This document shows positions 18,330 through 27,419 of a DNA stretch of 64,000 nucleotides, one piece after another (within the stretch, counting starts at the first letter, position 1; each line of letters starts with the position of its first letter). The position numbers were made by a program, and so were the translations under genes. The notes under the pieces are model-generated. The model had not been told where the DNA came from and did not search any database. It saw nothing but the letters and a program-made list of their open reading frames with translations. Source of the stretch: an uncultured Gammaproteobacteria bacterium (GTDB lineage Bacteria > Patescibacteriota > Patescibacteriia > S139-126); contig CAZUKA010000001.1 of NCBI GenBank assembly GCA_964620905.1, positions 90,890 to 154,889 of the forward strand. Direction: 5' to 3'.

Positions 18330-19176
18330 AACCGCCTTAGCTTTAAGTGGCGGTTTTATCCGCGTGGCAGCTAGTATCGGCGTTTTGCATGAGTTTAACC
18401 TACATAAAATAAATCTAGCCGCCTTGTCCGGATCTTCTTCTGGGGCTTTGGTGGCGGCGGCTTATGGTGCTGGAAAGTTAAAGGAACTAACGGAAATTAT
18501 TTTAGCTTTAAAAAATTTTAAAGATATTTTTATTATCCACCCGGATAAAGAAGCAATTTTTTCCAATGACAAACTAAAATCTTTACTCCTTGAGTTGTTT
18601 GCTGATTTGACCTTTGCTGATTTGGAACATAAAATTTTTATTCAAGCTAGTGATTTGTCAGCTAAAAAAGAAATTTATTTGCACTCAGGTTTGATTAGAG
18701 AAGCAGTTGAAGCAGCACTAGTTATTCCCGGTGTGTTTATGCCTTTAAAACAAAATAATATGGTTTTGATTGATGGCGCGGCTTATGAGCTATTACCAGT
18801 CAGTATTTTAAGACAGAATGGTTATCAGCCAATTTTTGGGGTATTTACCAATCTCAAACCGAGTCTAGCTACTAGGCTACTGGCTGGTTTAAGAAAAAGA
18901 TCAAGCAATTTTGACAAATTGATAAAGCAAAACGTCAAACTATCAGGAAATATGTTTTCTTATATCATAAACGCTCTTGATCAATCCACTTGGCAGTTGA
19001 CTCAGCGATTGGCTATTAGCCACCAAGTAGCTGATTTAGTCATCAGACCAGATTTATATAAAATTGGCCGTTTTGATTTTGATAAAATACCGTCAATGAT
19101 TGCAGCCGGTCGTCGGGCAGCCAGAGCAGCTTTGCCGTTTATTCAAAAGAAAATAAAAGCAAGTGATCCCAGTTGA
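18304..19176 (+). CDS. Patatin-like phospholipase
   Basis: Oxyanion 'SGGFIRV', nucleophile elbow 'GSSSGALVAAAYG' (G-x-S-x-G), catalytic Asp 'DGAAYELLP'. Overlaps the upstream GT2 by 26 nt. Confidence 0.75.
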   Translation: MSANTQSTKTALALSGGFIRVAASIGVLHEFNLHKINLAALSGSSSGALVAAAYGAGKLKELTEIILALKNFKDIFIIHPDKEAIFSNDKLKSLLLELFADLTFADLEHKIFIQASDLSAKKEIYLHSGLIREAVEAALVIPGVFMPLKQNNMVLIDGAAYELLPVSILRQNGYQPIFGVFTNLKPSLATRLLAGLRKRSSNFDKLIKQNVKLSGNMFSYIINALDQSTWQLTQRLAISHQVADLVIRPDLYKIGRFDFDKIPSMIAAGRRAARAALPFIQKKIKASDPS

Positions 19177-19263
19177 CCAAAATATTAATTTTTATTACAC
19201 TATCCAAAGTAAAGGAAATTGAATATCCTTTATTCTTTATTCTAGATTTCAATTCTAATTTAT

Positions 19264-19337
19264 TGGGGGATCGTCTAATGGTAGGACAGCGGCCTTTGGA
19301 GCCGTCAATCGTGGTTCGAGTCCACGTCCCCCAGCCA
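19264..19337 (+). tRNA. tRNA-Gln (anticodon UUG)
   Basis: Acceptor tggggga/tccccca, D-arm gtct-aatggta-ggac, anticodon arm gcggc-ctTTGga-gccgt, T-arm cgtgg-ttcgagt-ccacg, CCA encoded. Confidence 0.85.
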
Positions 19338-19444
19338 CTTCAAAATGCCAATGTTTATTGGTGTTTTTTTATATACCCCTCGTGGACATTAGAACTTTAT
19401 TAATATTTTTTAATAGTGTATTATTAGATATATAAAATATATTT

Positions 19445-20227
19445 ATGAATAATATTGTATCATTATATAACGAAGTGATTAATTATGTACTTGCAGAGGG
19501 CAAGGTTATTGCGGGGAAATGTGGTGTTATACCTGATATAGGTGTGACTAAAAAATATGTAACAGAAGAAGATATCCGTATTGAACGTGAATTAAAAAGT
19601 ATTATTCAAAGTTTTGATTCAAGTCACGAGATTTATGCAGAAGAAGAAAATAATGATTGGAAAGAAAGTAAAAATGTTTGGGTGATTGATCCAATATCAG
19701 GTACGCGTACATTCGTTAAAGGAATTCCTCACTATGGAATGGTTGTCTCGCATGTATTAAATGGGAAACCTCAGTTTGCAGTCGTGTATGATCCATCAAT
19801 TGATGAGTTGTTTAAAGTAACTCGGGGTGGGGGTGCATTTTTGAATGACAAACAGATTCATATGAATAATGATGATAATGAATTTAAATCGATACGATTG
19901 ATACTCAACATGACTCATAAACAATTAGGAAATAATCTTTCAAAAGAAATGATTATGAAATTAAGTGGATCTAATTTGTTTAGGAATTCAAATTCATTTG
20001 CAGTAAATTATTGTTGGGTTGCATGTGGGAGATATGATGGCGTTATAGCTTTAACAAAGGATAGTTTTCCAGAAGTTGCGGGGAGTCTTTTTATTCAAGA
20101 AGCTGGGGGTATATTTACAAATATTAATGGTAATAAAGAGATTGGTCCGGATGATAATTTTTTTGTTGGTGGTAATCAACAGAGTTATGCTCAATTGTTT
20201 GAATTAGTAAAAGATTTAAATAAGTAA
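19445..20227 (+). CDS. Inositol monophosphatase family protein (IMPase/SuhB/CysQ-like), paralog 1
   Basis: 'EEENNDWK...VWVIDPISGTRTFVKGIPHYG' (metal-binding D-P-(I/L)-D-G-T motif). C-terminal 'WD..AG' region present. Confidence 0.8.
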   Translation: MNNIVSLYNEVINYVLAEGKVIAGKCGVIPDIGVTKKYVTEEDIRIERELKSIIQSFDSSHEIYAEEENNDWKESKNVWVIDPISGTRTFVKGIPHYGMVVSHVLNGKPQFAVVYDPSIDELFKVTRGGGAFLNDKQIHMNNDDNEFKSIRLILNMTHKQLGNNLSKEMIMKLSGSNLFRNSNSFAVNYCWVACGRYDGVIALTKDSFPEVAGSLFIQEAGGIFTNINGNKEIGPDDNFFVGGNQQSYAQLFELVKDLNK

Positions 20228-20265
20228 AATTATAAATTCGTCCACAAGCTTCATCCACGATAAAT

Positions 20266-21069
20266 ATGAAAAATTTAAGTCCCATTACTAACTTTCTAAT
20301 TGAGCTTTCAAAAGAAGCATCTGTAATTTTATTAAAGCATTTTTCACCCCTTGGAGTTTTAACAGAAATGAAGGAAGAAATGTCACCTGTGACTAAGGCA
20401 GATATTGAAGTAAACGAGATGGTAATAAAGAAAGTGTGTGATAATTATCCTGAATACGGGGTATTGGCAGAAGAGATATCAACCGATATAACAAAATCAA
20501 ATAAGCTATTTGTTGTTGACCCGCTTGATGGTACACATATGTTTGCGATTGGTGCGACTATGTTTGGTTTTTCGGCTGCTGTTGTCGAAGATGGTGTTAG
20601 CATTGCAGGAGTATTGATGAACCCTCTTGCTAAGAGAACACTTGTTGCTGAAAAAGGTAAGGGGGCATATTTAGTTGAAACACAAACCAAGATTCACGTG
20701 AGTGATAAAGACACTCTGGATCAAGCACTTATAAATGCAGGATGGAAAGATGATCGGGTAACATCTCTTTTACATGCTCTAGGTGCGCGAACGCCCGAGG
20801 TATATTCTATTTGCGAGTCGGCATCTTTAGTAGCACTTTCAGCTTTTGATGGGGATATATTTACTGGACATTATCCCCACGATGTTGCAGCTTTGAAGAT
20901 TGTGGTTGAGGAAGCGGGCGGTAAGGTAACTGATATAAATGGAATGGAACAAAGATATGATAGGGAAATTAGGGGTGCAATTGTTTCTAATGAGAAACTT
21001 CATACCCGGCTTTTAGAGATTGCAAAAAAATCTGGTATTGCGGATGATTTACCAAGTAATAATAAATAG
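20266..21069 (+). CDS. Inositol monophosphatase family protein, paralog 2
   Basis: 'LFVVDPLDGTHMFAIG', 'GHYPHDVAALKIVVEEAGGKVTDINGM'. Close paralog of 23264..24040. Confidence 0.8.
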   Translation: MKNLSPITNFLIELSKEASVILLKHFSPLGVLTEMKEEMSPVTKADIEVNEMVIKKVCDNYPEYGVLAEEISTDITKSNKLFVVDPLDGTHMFAIGATMFGFSAAVVEDGVSIAGVLMNPLAKRTLVAEKGKGAYLVETQTKIHVSDKDTLDQALINAGWKDDRVTSLLHALGARTPEVYSICESASLVALSAFDGDIFTGHYPHDVAALKIVVEEAGGKVTDINGMEQRYDREIRGAIVSNEKLHTRLLEIAKKSGIADDLPSNNK

Positions 21070-21183
21070 TCTATCTACTTGCTTAGTTCGATTCTAACTT
21101 CGTCTACAAGCTTCAGCCACGACTTTTACTTATGCCATTCCTCTAGGAGTGGTTTTTTGATAAAATTAAATAGAAATATAAAT

Positions 21184-22470
21184 ATGAATAAATTGACAAA
21201 AGAGATTAAAGAATTTAGATGGGAGAATCGTGTGTATAGGACCGGATTTTTACAGTCGAAAGATATTTGTAATGAAGCTGAAATTATACCTATAAAACTA
21301 ACTAAAAATTATTTTGTGAAATATCAAAATATTTTTTGGATACAAGACTACAATTTATATGATGAGAATGCAACCAAAAGTTTTGTAAAAGTATTTAATA
21401 AAGCATTCAAAGAAAATAAAAGTTGGCCTTTAAGTCTTTTTTATGAATTAGAGAGAACTGGAAAGAAAGTAAATAATTTTATTACTAAACTAAAAAAGAA
21501 TAAAAACAAGACAAGTCTAATATTGTTTAGAGAATATGTAGAATTATTACACGCTGTACAAAAGTATTATGTTATTGCTGTACCACTTGTTAGTTATTGT
21601 GAAAAAGCTTTAAAAATATATCCAAAAGTATTAGAAAATTATTCCAAACCTTATAAAGAACTCGAAGTTAGTAAATTTAATTACTCAAAAAATACAAAAT
21701 TAAAATTTGCTTGGTTAAAAACTGCTTACAATATTATTGATGAAGTCTCAGATAAAGATGTATTACAAATGAATACAAAAAAAGATTATAAAGAGAAAAT
21801 TTTATTAATTCCAAAAAGAATTAAATATTTAGTAGTCGCGCTACAAGTAGGTATATACTTACGTAATCGAATAAAAGAATTGTCTCAAAAATTATGGTAT
21901 TATATCGAACCCGTAGCAAAGCAACTCGCAAAGGAAATGAAAATTTCTCGTGACGATTTTTTTCTTTTAACTCACCAAGAAGTTGAACAATGTTTAAAAG
22001 GAAATGGTTATATCAATTCGCCTGAATTTGCTAGACGAAGGAAGTCTTTTGTTGTGGGTTTTTGGAAGGGTAAAAAGCAGCTTATATCAGGTACCGAGGC
22101 AAGTTCGTTAGTAAATGTATTTAGAAATAAATCAAAATCTGGAGATTATGTGAAGGGAACGGTGGCATATAAAGGCAAAGTAAAAGGAATAGTAAAAATT
22201 ATTTTAGATAAAAAAGATTTTAAAAAAATTAAAAAAGGGAACATTCTTGTTACATCAATGACCACTCCAAATTTTATTGTATTGATGAAAAAAGTGGCAG
22301 CAATTGTCACTGATGAAGGTGGTTTGTCATGTCACGCGGCGATCGTGAGTCGAGAATTGAAAATACCTTGTATTATTGGCACCAAAGATGCAACTAAAAT
22401 TTTATCAAACAGGGATTATGTTGAAGTGGATGCAATCGATGGTATAGTAAGGGTTTTAAAGCGAGGGTAG
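21184..22470 (+). CDS. Protein with a C-terminal PEP-utilizing enzyme mobile (swivel phosphohistidine) domain; N-terminal ~330 aa of unknown function
   Basis: 'GGLSCHAAIVSRELKIPCIIGTKDATKIL' matches the G-G-x-(T/S)-x-H-A-A-I-x-(A/S)-R-E-x-x-I-P signature of PEP-utilizers. Start taken at 'MNKLTKEIK' (21184); the ORF-track start at 21079 reads through an upstream repeat motif. Confidence 0.6.
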   Translation: MNKLTKEIKEFRWENRVYRTGFLQSKDICNEAEIIPIKLTKNYFVKYQNIFWIQDYNLYDENATKSFVKVFNKAFKENKSWPLSLFYELERTGKKVNNFITKLKKNKNKTSLILFREYVELLHAVQKYYVIAVPLVSYCEKALKIYPKVLENYSKPYKELEVSKFNYSKNTKLKFAWLKTAYNIIDEVSDKDVLQMNTKKDYKEKILLIPKRIKYLVVALQVGIYLRNRIKELSQKLWYYIEPVAKQLAKEMKISRDDFFLLTHQEVEQCLKGNGYINSPEFARRRKSFVVGFWKGKKQLISGTEASSLVNVFRNKSKSGDYVKGTVAYKGKVKGIVKIILDKKDFKKIKKGNILVTSMTTPNFIVLMKKVAAIVTDEGGLSCHAAIVSRELKIPCIIGTKDATKILSNRDYVEVDAIDGIVRVLKRG

Positions 22471-22588
22471 ATCTAACTGTGTCAATTAAATGCGGTTACA
22501 TTTTTTACTTCATATTTATTGATGTTTTTTGTATTAATTTAATACTTTTAAAACTTTGTTAATTGTCTCATGTGGTGTAATATAATTT

Positions 22589-23230
22589 ATGAATATAGAT
22601 AAACTCGCTAAAATTATTTGGGAATATCATAAGATGCATCAAAAGTTAAAAAAGGTTGATTGTATTTTTGTACTTGGTAGTAATGACGTAAGGGTAGCGG
22701 AATATTCCGCTGATATATTTTTAAAAGGATATGCGTCAAATATAATATTCTCAGGAAATGTAGGAATATTGAGTAAAGATATTTTTGATAAACCAGAAGC
22801 AGAAATTTTTGCTGATATAGCTATTAAACACGGTGTCCCAGAACAGAAAATTATTATTGAAAATAAATCAACGAATACTGGTGAAAATATAATATTTACG
22901 AAAAAAATAATTAGTGAACTGGGTTTTAATTTTGATTCATTTATATTAGTTCAAAAACCGTACATGGAACGACGTGCTTATGCAACATTTAAAAAAATAT
23001 GGCCTGAAAAAGATTGTATAGTTACTTCTCCACCTATTAATTATAAAGATTATCCAAATCAATATATTTCAAAGGAAATGTTAATTAATATTATGGTTGG
23101 TGATTTACAAAGAATAAAAATATATGCATCCAAAGGGTTTCAAATATCTCAGGATATACCAAAGGAAGTTTGGCAAGCCTATGAAAAGCTTGTTCATTTA
23201 GGATATACCAATCATTTAATTAGCAACTAA
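22589..23230 (+). CDS. DUF218 (YdcF/ElyC/SanA-like) family protein
   Basis: 'IIIENKSTNTGENIIFTKKII' fits the conserved E..S.nT.eN block of DUF218. Confidence 0.55.
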   Translation: MNIDKLAKIIWEYHKMHQKLKKVDCIFVLGSNDVRVAEYSADIFLKGYASNIIFSGNVGILSKDIFDKPEAEIFADIAIKHGVPEQKIIIENKSTNTGENIIFTKKIISELGFNFDSFILVQKPYMERRAYATFKKIWPEKDCIVTSPPINYKDYPNQYISKEMLINIMVGDLQRIKIYASKGFQISQDIPKEVWQAYEKLVHLGYTNHLISN

Positions 23231-23263
23231 TTTTAAGATATTTTATTTTAATAATATTTATTT

Positions 23264-24040
23264 ATGTATAACCACAAAAATTTTGCAATCAATTTAGCCC
23301 GCGAAGCTGGAAAAATTATTAAAACCAATTTTACACTGGGGATGAAAAAAGAATGGAAAGATGATAATACCCCGCTCACGGCAACTGATTTAAAGATAAA
23401 TCAAATGGTAATTGATGCTGTAAAAAAAGAATATCCTAGTTTTGGTATTATTGCCGAGGAGGGTAGTGATTATTCTAATCAAGAATATACTTGGGTTTGT
23501 GATCCGGTTGATGGAACCATTGCTTTTTCTCACGGTGTACCGACATGTATGTTTTTATTGGCTCTGGTTAAAGAAGGTAAAAGTATATTGGGCGTTGCTT
23601 ATGATCCGTTTATGGATAATATGTATTTTGCTGAAAAGGGTAAAGGTGCTTTTTGCAATGATAAAAGTATTAGAACATCGGGACATACAAAACTTGATTC
23701 AAAAGCAGTAATAGATACATTACTTTGGAAAGAAGCTAAATATCAGTTCCCAAGATTAGTTGATAATTTAAGAGAAAAAGGGGTATTAGATTTTAGTTTG
23801 CCCTCGATAGGTTATGTTGATATGTTGGTTGCTTGTGGTGAGTTTACTGCAAGTATTTTTCCAGGACATTATGCATGGGATGTAGCTGTAACAAAAATAA
23901 TAATCGAAGAAGCCGGGGGAAAAGTAACTGATCTTTATGGCGAAGAATTTGATTTTAGGAATGAAGTAAAAGGACATATTGCATCTAATGGATTGGTACA
24001 TGCTGAATTATTAGAACTAGTACAGACGTATTTAGAATAA
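23264..24040 (+). CDS. Inositol monophosphatase family protein, paralog 3
   Basis: 'YTWVCDPVDGTIAFSHGVP', 'GHYAWDVAVTKIIIEEAGGKVTDLYGEE'. Confidence 0.8.
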   Translation: MYNHKNFAINLAREAGKIIKTNFTLGMKKEWKDDNTPLTATDLKINQMVIDAVKKEYPSFGIIAEEGSDYSNQEYTWVCDPVDGTIAFSHGVPTCMFLLALVKEGKSILGVAYDPFMDNMYFAEKGKGAFCNDKSIRTSGHTKLDSKAVIDTLLWKEAKYQFPRLVDNLREKGVLDFSLPSIGYVDMLVACGEFTASIFPGHYAWDVAVTKIIIEEAGGKVTDLYGEEFDFRNEVKGHIASNGLVHAELLELVQTYLE

Positions 24041-24071
24041 ATTTGAATTTTTTTAAATATTAAATTTTTAT

Positions 24072-25052
24072 ATGAAAATAATGATTAAAGATTTAGAAAA
24101 TTGTTGTGTTAAGATTTTAATGAAAAAAGGGCTTTCTAAAAAAGAGGCTCTTCTTGTTTATAACGATTTTTTAGACTCTGAGCTAGAAGGAAAACCAGAT
24201 CACGGATTCCAGTCTTTTTTGGAATTTGGGATTAAATTAGTACAACCACAAGAAAGACCTAAAATTATTAAACAAAGTAATTCTTTTTTATTTATTGATG
24301 GTAAAAACAACTACGGACAAATTGTTTGTGATAAATATATACCCATTCTAATTAAAAAAGCTAGGAGAAGCGGCGTAGCTATTATGGGTATAAAAAATAT
24401 GCATTCATATCGTTCTCCTGGCAAATTCGCACAAATAATAGCTAAAAAAAATTTAATTGGAATAATAATGAATTATGGTGGTTGGCCAAGAATAGCACCT
24501 TATGGATCTATTGATCCTATTTTTGGAACCAATCCAATCGCTATAGGTATTCCTTCTAAAAATTTTCCTGTGGTACTTGATATGGCAACTTCAAAAGTAG
24601 CCCTAATGAAGATAAGAATGGCTATGAAATTAAGAAAAAAAATTCCTTATGGTTGGGCAATTGATAAAAACGGAGAACCAACCAATGATCCAAATAAAGT
24701 TTTTGAAGGAGCAGTTTTACCGTTTGGAGAACATAAAGGATCAGGATTAGCTTTGATGGTAGAGTTATTAACCAAAACAATTTATAGTATAAATATCAAT
24801 GATAGAAATAAAGCAAACAGAGGATTTTTATTTATATGTATAGACCCTTCAATTTTTCAAAATATAAATAAATATAAAATTGAAGTAGAAAGAGTAATTA
24901 GAAAAATTAAAAAGTCGAGAAAAGCAAAAGGAAAAAGTGAAATTTTTATTCCTGGTGAATATTCTTATAAAAAATTTTTAAAAAATAAAAAAAGAAAATA
25001 TATTGAGATTGATAAAAAAACACTTTTTGAAATTAGATCTAATTCGCTTTGA
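24072..25052 (+). CDS. Ldh_2-family (malate/L-lactate/L-sulfolactate dehydrogenase-type) oxidoreductase
   Basis: 'NPIAIGIP', 'LPFGEHKGSGLALMVELLT' typical of the Ldh_2 family. Confidence 0.7.
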   Translation: MKIMIKDLENCCVKILMKKGLSKKEALLVYNDFLDSELEGKPDHGFQSFLEFGIKLVQPQERPKIIKQSNSFLFIDGKNNYGQIVCDKYIPILIKKARRSGVAIMGIKNMHSYRSPGKFAQIIAKKNLIGIIMNYGGWPRIAPYGSIDPIFGTNPIAIGIPSKNFPVVLDMATSKVALMKIRMAMKLRKKIPYGWAIDKNGEPTNDPNKVFEGAVLPFGEHKGSGLALMVELLTKTIYSININDRNKANRGFLFICIDPSIFQNINKYKIEVERVIRKIKKSRKAKGKSEIFIPGEYSYKKFLKNKKRKYIEIDKKTLFEIRSNSL

Positions 25053-25069
25053 TGTAAAGTTTATTTAAT

Positions 25070-25717
25070 TTGATTTTTATGGAATATATTTTAGGAGTTC
25101 ATATACCAATACCACCCAAGCTGGCAAAATTAATTGTCTCGGTTAAAAGTAAAAATTATATTAATTATCCGGGAAATTATAAATATCAACCACATATAAC
25201 AATATATCTTTGTAGATTTACAAAAGAAAAATTTAGAAAATTATTGAGAAATCTAAAAACAAATAATATTAAATCATTTGTATTGAAAATAGGTAAACTT
25301 AAACAACAAAGTGATGGCAAAATATTATTTATATATTTGTCGCTAGTTAAAAACGAATATCTAATTTCATTCCATAAATATATTTTAAAAATGGCCAACC
25401 CATTACGTGGTATGTTAATAAGATCAAAAGATAAAATTAAGATAAAGTCAGGAGACTATACAAATATTCAAAAAAGATATTTGCTAAAATATGGGTACCA
25501 TCGAGTTTTAAAATTTTTTATTCCTCATATTACCTTAGGTGAATTAGCTGCAAATGATATTAAAAAATTGAAACATTTAAAAAGTGATTTAAATAAATTA
25601 AAAGGAATTGAGTTTAGAATAAATTATTATATCGTCGGTTTGTATAAATATGACATCAAAAAGAAAGATTATTGTGGTACTGTAATAGAAGAGAAAATTG
25701 ATTTGATATTTAATTGA
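25070..25717 (+). CDS. 2H phosphoesterase superfamily protein (LigT/2'-5' RNA ligase-like or cyclic phosphodiesterase-like)
   Basis: Two H-x-T-x motifs: 'QPHITIYL' and 'IPHITLGE'. Confidence 0.55.
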   Translation: MIFMEYILGVHIPIPPKLAKLIVSVKSKNYINYPGNYKYQPHITIYLCRFTKEKFRKLLRNLKTNNIKSFVLKIGKLKQQSDGKILFIYLSLVKNEYLISFHKYILKMANPLRGMLIRSKDKIKIKSGDYTNIQKRYLLKYGYHRVLKFFIPHITLGELAANDIKKLKHLKSDLNKLKGIEFRINYYIVGLYKYDIKKKDYCGTVIEEKIDLIFN

Positions 25718-25745
25718 TTTAAACTTTTTCAAACGAGTAATGACA

Positions 25746-25775
25746 TAAAAAAATCGCCAAACAAGCGATTTTTTG
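25746..25775. terminator. Bidirectional intrinsic terminator at the end of the low-GC islet
   Basis: aaaaaatcgc-caaacaa-gcgatttttt. Confidence 0.6.
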
Positions 25776-25808
25776 CTATAATTAAACAATATTATTAAAC
25801 ACAAACAG

Positions 25809-27410
25809 ATGGAAGAACAAAATTTTATGAGTCAAATTCCCATGGAAAACCAGGAAGTCCAAGTAAAGCCAAAGAGCCACTGGCCAAAAAGGATTTTAGT
25901 TATTCTAGTATCCTTATTGGTTTTAGGTGGGGTAGCTTATGGCGGTTGGTATGGGTACGAAAATTATTGGCCAGGAAGTCCAGAAAAGGTTTTTTGGCAA
26001 GCTTTGCAAAACTTTCAAGTGAAAGACCAAATGTCAATTGCTGGTGAAGTTAATGTTATTCTTACCAAGCTTAAAACCACTACCAATTCTGGCGCGGCAG
26101 GAGTAATGGTTGATATGTTGACTGGGGAAGATCAAAATAAGTTTAAATTTGTCTATCAAACAAAATATGACAATTCCCAAGTAGACAATTTTTTATCTGA
26201 ATCAAGCTTTGACATCCAAGCTGATAATTTATCTTTGTCAGTATCAGCACGGACAATGGAAAAATTTTTGTATTTTAAAGTTTTACAGGCTGATTTGTTT
26301 TTATCCGAACTGGGTATGATGCTACCTGATCAGTGGGTTCAGGTTGATCTAAAAAAAGAGGCACAAGAATTTTTATCCGGACAAGGAATACTGTCAAATG
26401 ACAAAGAAGAATCACCACTGGAAAATATTTTCCAGGCGGCTTATGAAGCTAAACCGTTTATTTTGCAGACAGTTGATCGATCGGACAATACCTTAGGCAA
26501 GTCAGCTTTTGTATATACTTTACAGTGGCAACGGGAAGGATTTGATTTGATGTTGCTAAAATTTGCTGCTTTAGAAACCAATTCCGATAGGCGAGAATAT
26601 TTATTGGATCGTTTAGAACCTTTGGATGACAAAGAGTGGGAAATTTTGCAAAAAGTAAAAGTAAAAATTTGGGTAACTAAAGACGATAAATTGTTGCGCC
26701 AACTGGAGATAAAATACAATAGTGATGAAAAAAGTCTGGGTGCCAATATTGATCTGACCTTTTTAACCAATATTCAGCCTTTGACTGAACCATTGCAAGT
26801 AGAAAAACCCGTTGATTTTTTGACTTGGGATCAACTTTTGGAGCAACTAATGGGTCCCAGTTTAAGCAAATCCCGTGATGCTAAACGTATAGCAGATATC
26901 AAACAAATTCAGACAGCACTTGAACTCTATTTTGCTGATAATAACACCTATCCAGTGGGTTTAAATTTGGCTTTACATAACGGCTTAATGTTTTGTGGTG
27001 ATAAAAGTATTGCACCCCGCGGTTTTATAGCGGTTGACTCTGGATGCATTTCTGATGCACCTTTTTCACAGCGGCCAGTTTATATGAATATAGTACCGCA
27101 AGATCCTGATTTTAGTGCAAGACAATATATTTATACTTCTATCAAATCAGATCAGTATGGTATAAAGTGGCAAATAGACTCTACTGTGGGTGGTTTGCCG
27201 GCCGGGGTGTTGTATGCGACACCAGAAGGTATTGTGCCAGCAAAATCAGAAATTATTGATAGTGACAATGATAGACTGAGTGATGATGATGAAAAGTATC
27301 TTTATCTAACCAATCCGAACAGTCAGGATTCTGATGGTGATGGTTATTTGGATGGTGAAGAATTAAACAATGGTTATAATCCATTGGGAGCAGGTAAGTT
27401 GAGTTTATAG
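25809..27410 (+). CDS. Membrane-anchored surface protein with an internal pilin-like motif and C-terminal calcium-binding (thrombospondin type-3-like) Asp repeats
   Basis: N-terminal TM 'RILVILVSLLVLGGVAYGGWYGY'. 'SRDAKRIADIKQIQTALELYFADNNTYPVG' resembles the pilin/pseudopilin globular-domain start. 'DSDNDRLSDDDE...DSDGDGYLDGEE'. Confidence 0.5.
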   Translation: MEEQNFMSQIPMENQEVQVKPKSHWPKRILVILVSLLVLGGVAYGGWYGYENYWPGSPEKVFWQALQNFQVKDQMSIAGEVNVILTKLKTTTNSGAAGVMVDMLTGEDQNKFKFVYQTKYDNSQVDNFLSESSFDIQADNLSLSVSARTMEKFLYFKVLQADLFLSELGMMLPDQWVQVDLKKEAQEFLSGQGILSNDKEESPLENIFQAAYEAKPFILQTVDRSDNTLGKSAFVYTLQWQREGFDLMLLKFAALETNSDRREYLLDRLEPLDDKEWEILQKVKVKIWVTKDDKLLRQLEIKYNSDEKSLGANIDLTFLTNIQPLTEPLQVEKPVDFLTWDQLLEQLMGPSLSKSRDAKRIADIKQIQTALELYFADNNTYPVGLNLALHNGLMFCGDKSIAPRGFIAVDSGCISDAPFSQRPVYMNIVPQDPDFSARQYIYTSIKSDQYGIKWQIDSTVGGLPAGVLYATPEGIVPAKSEIIDSDNDRLSDDDEKYLYLTNPNSQDSDGDGYLDGEELNNGYNPLGAGKLSL

Positions 27411-27419
27411 TAAAGTTTT

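Noticed and set aside
19173-19403. 76-aa + strand ORF
   Set aside because: Spans tRNA-Gln (19264-19337). No RBS. Spurious.
21079-21183. Upstream extension of the PEP-swivel gene to the ATG at 21079
   Set aside because: The extension reads through the 24-nt intergenic repeat motif and encodes a low-complexity, S/T-rich peptide. The ATG at 21184 gives a better start.
23442-26770. Small ORFs 23442..23711 +, 23786..24001 -, 25186..25398 -, 25598..25804 -, 26441..26770 -
   Set aside because: Nested within or antisense to longer, motif-supported genes. AT-rich frames readily give spurious ORFs.
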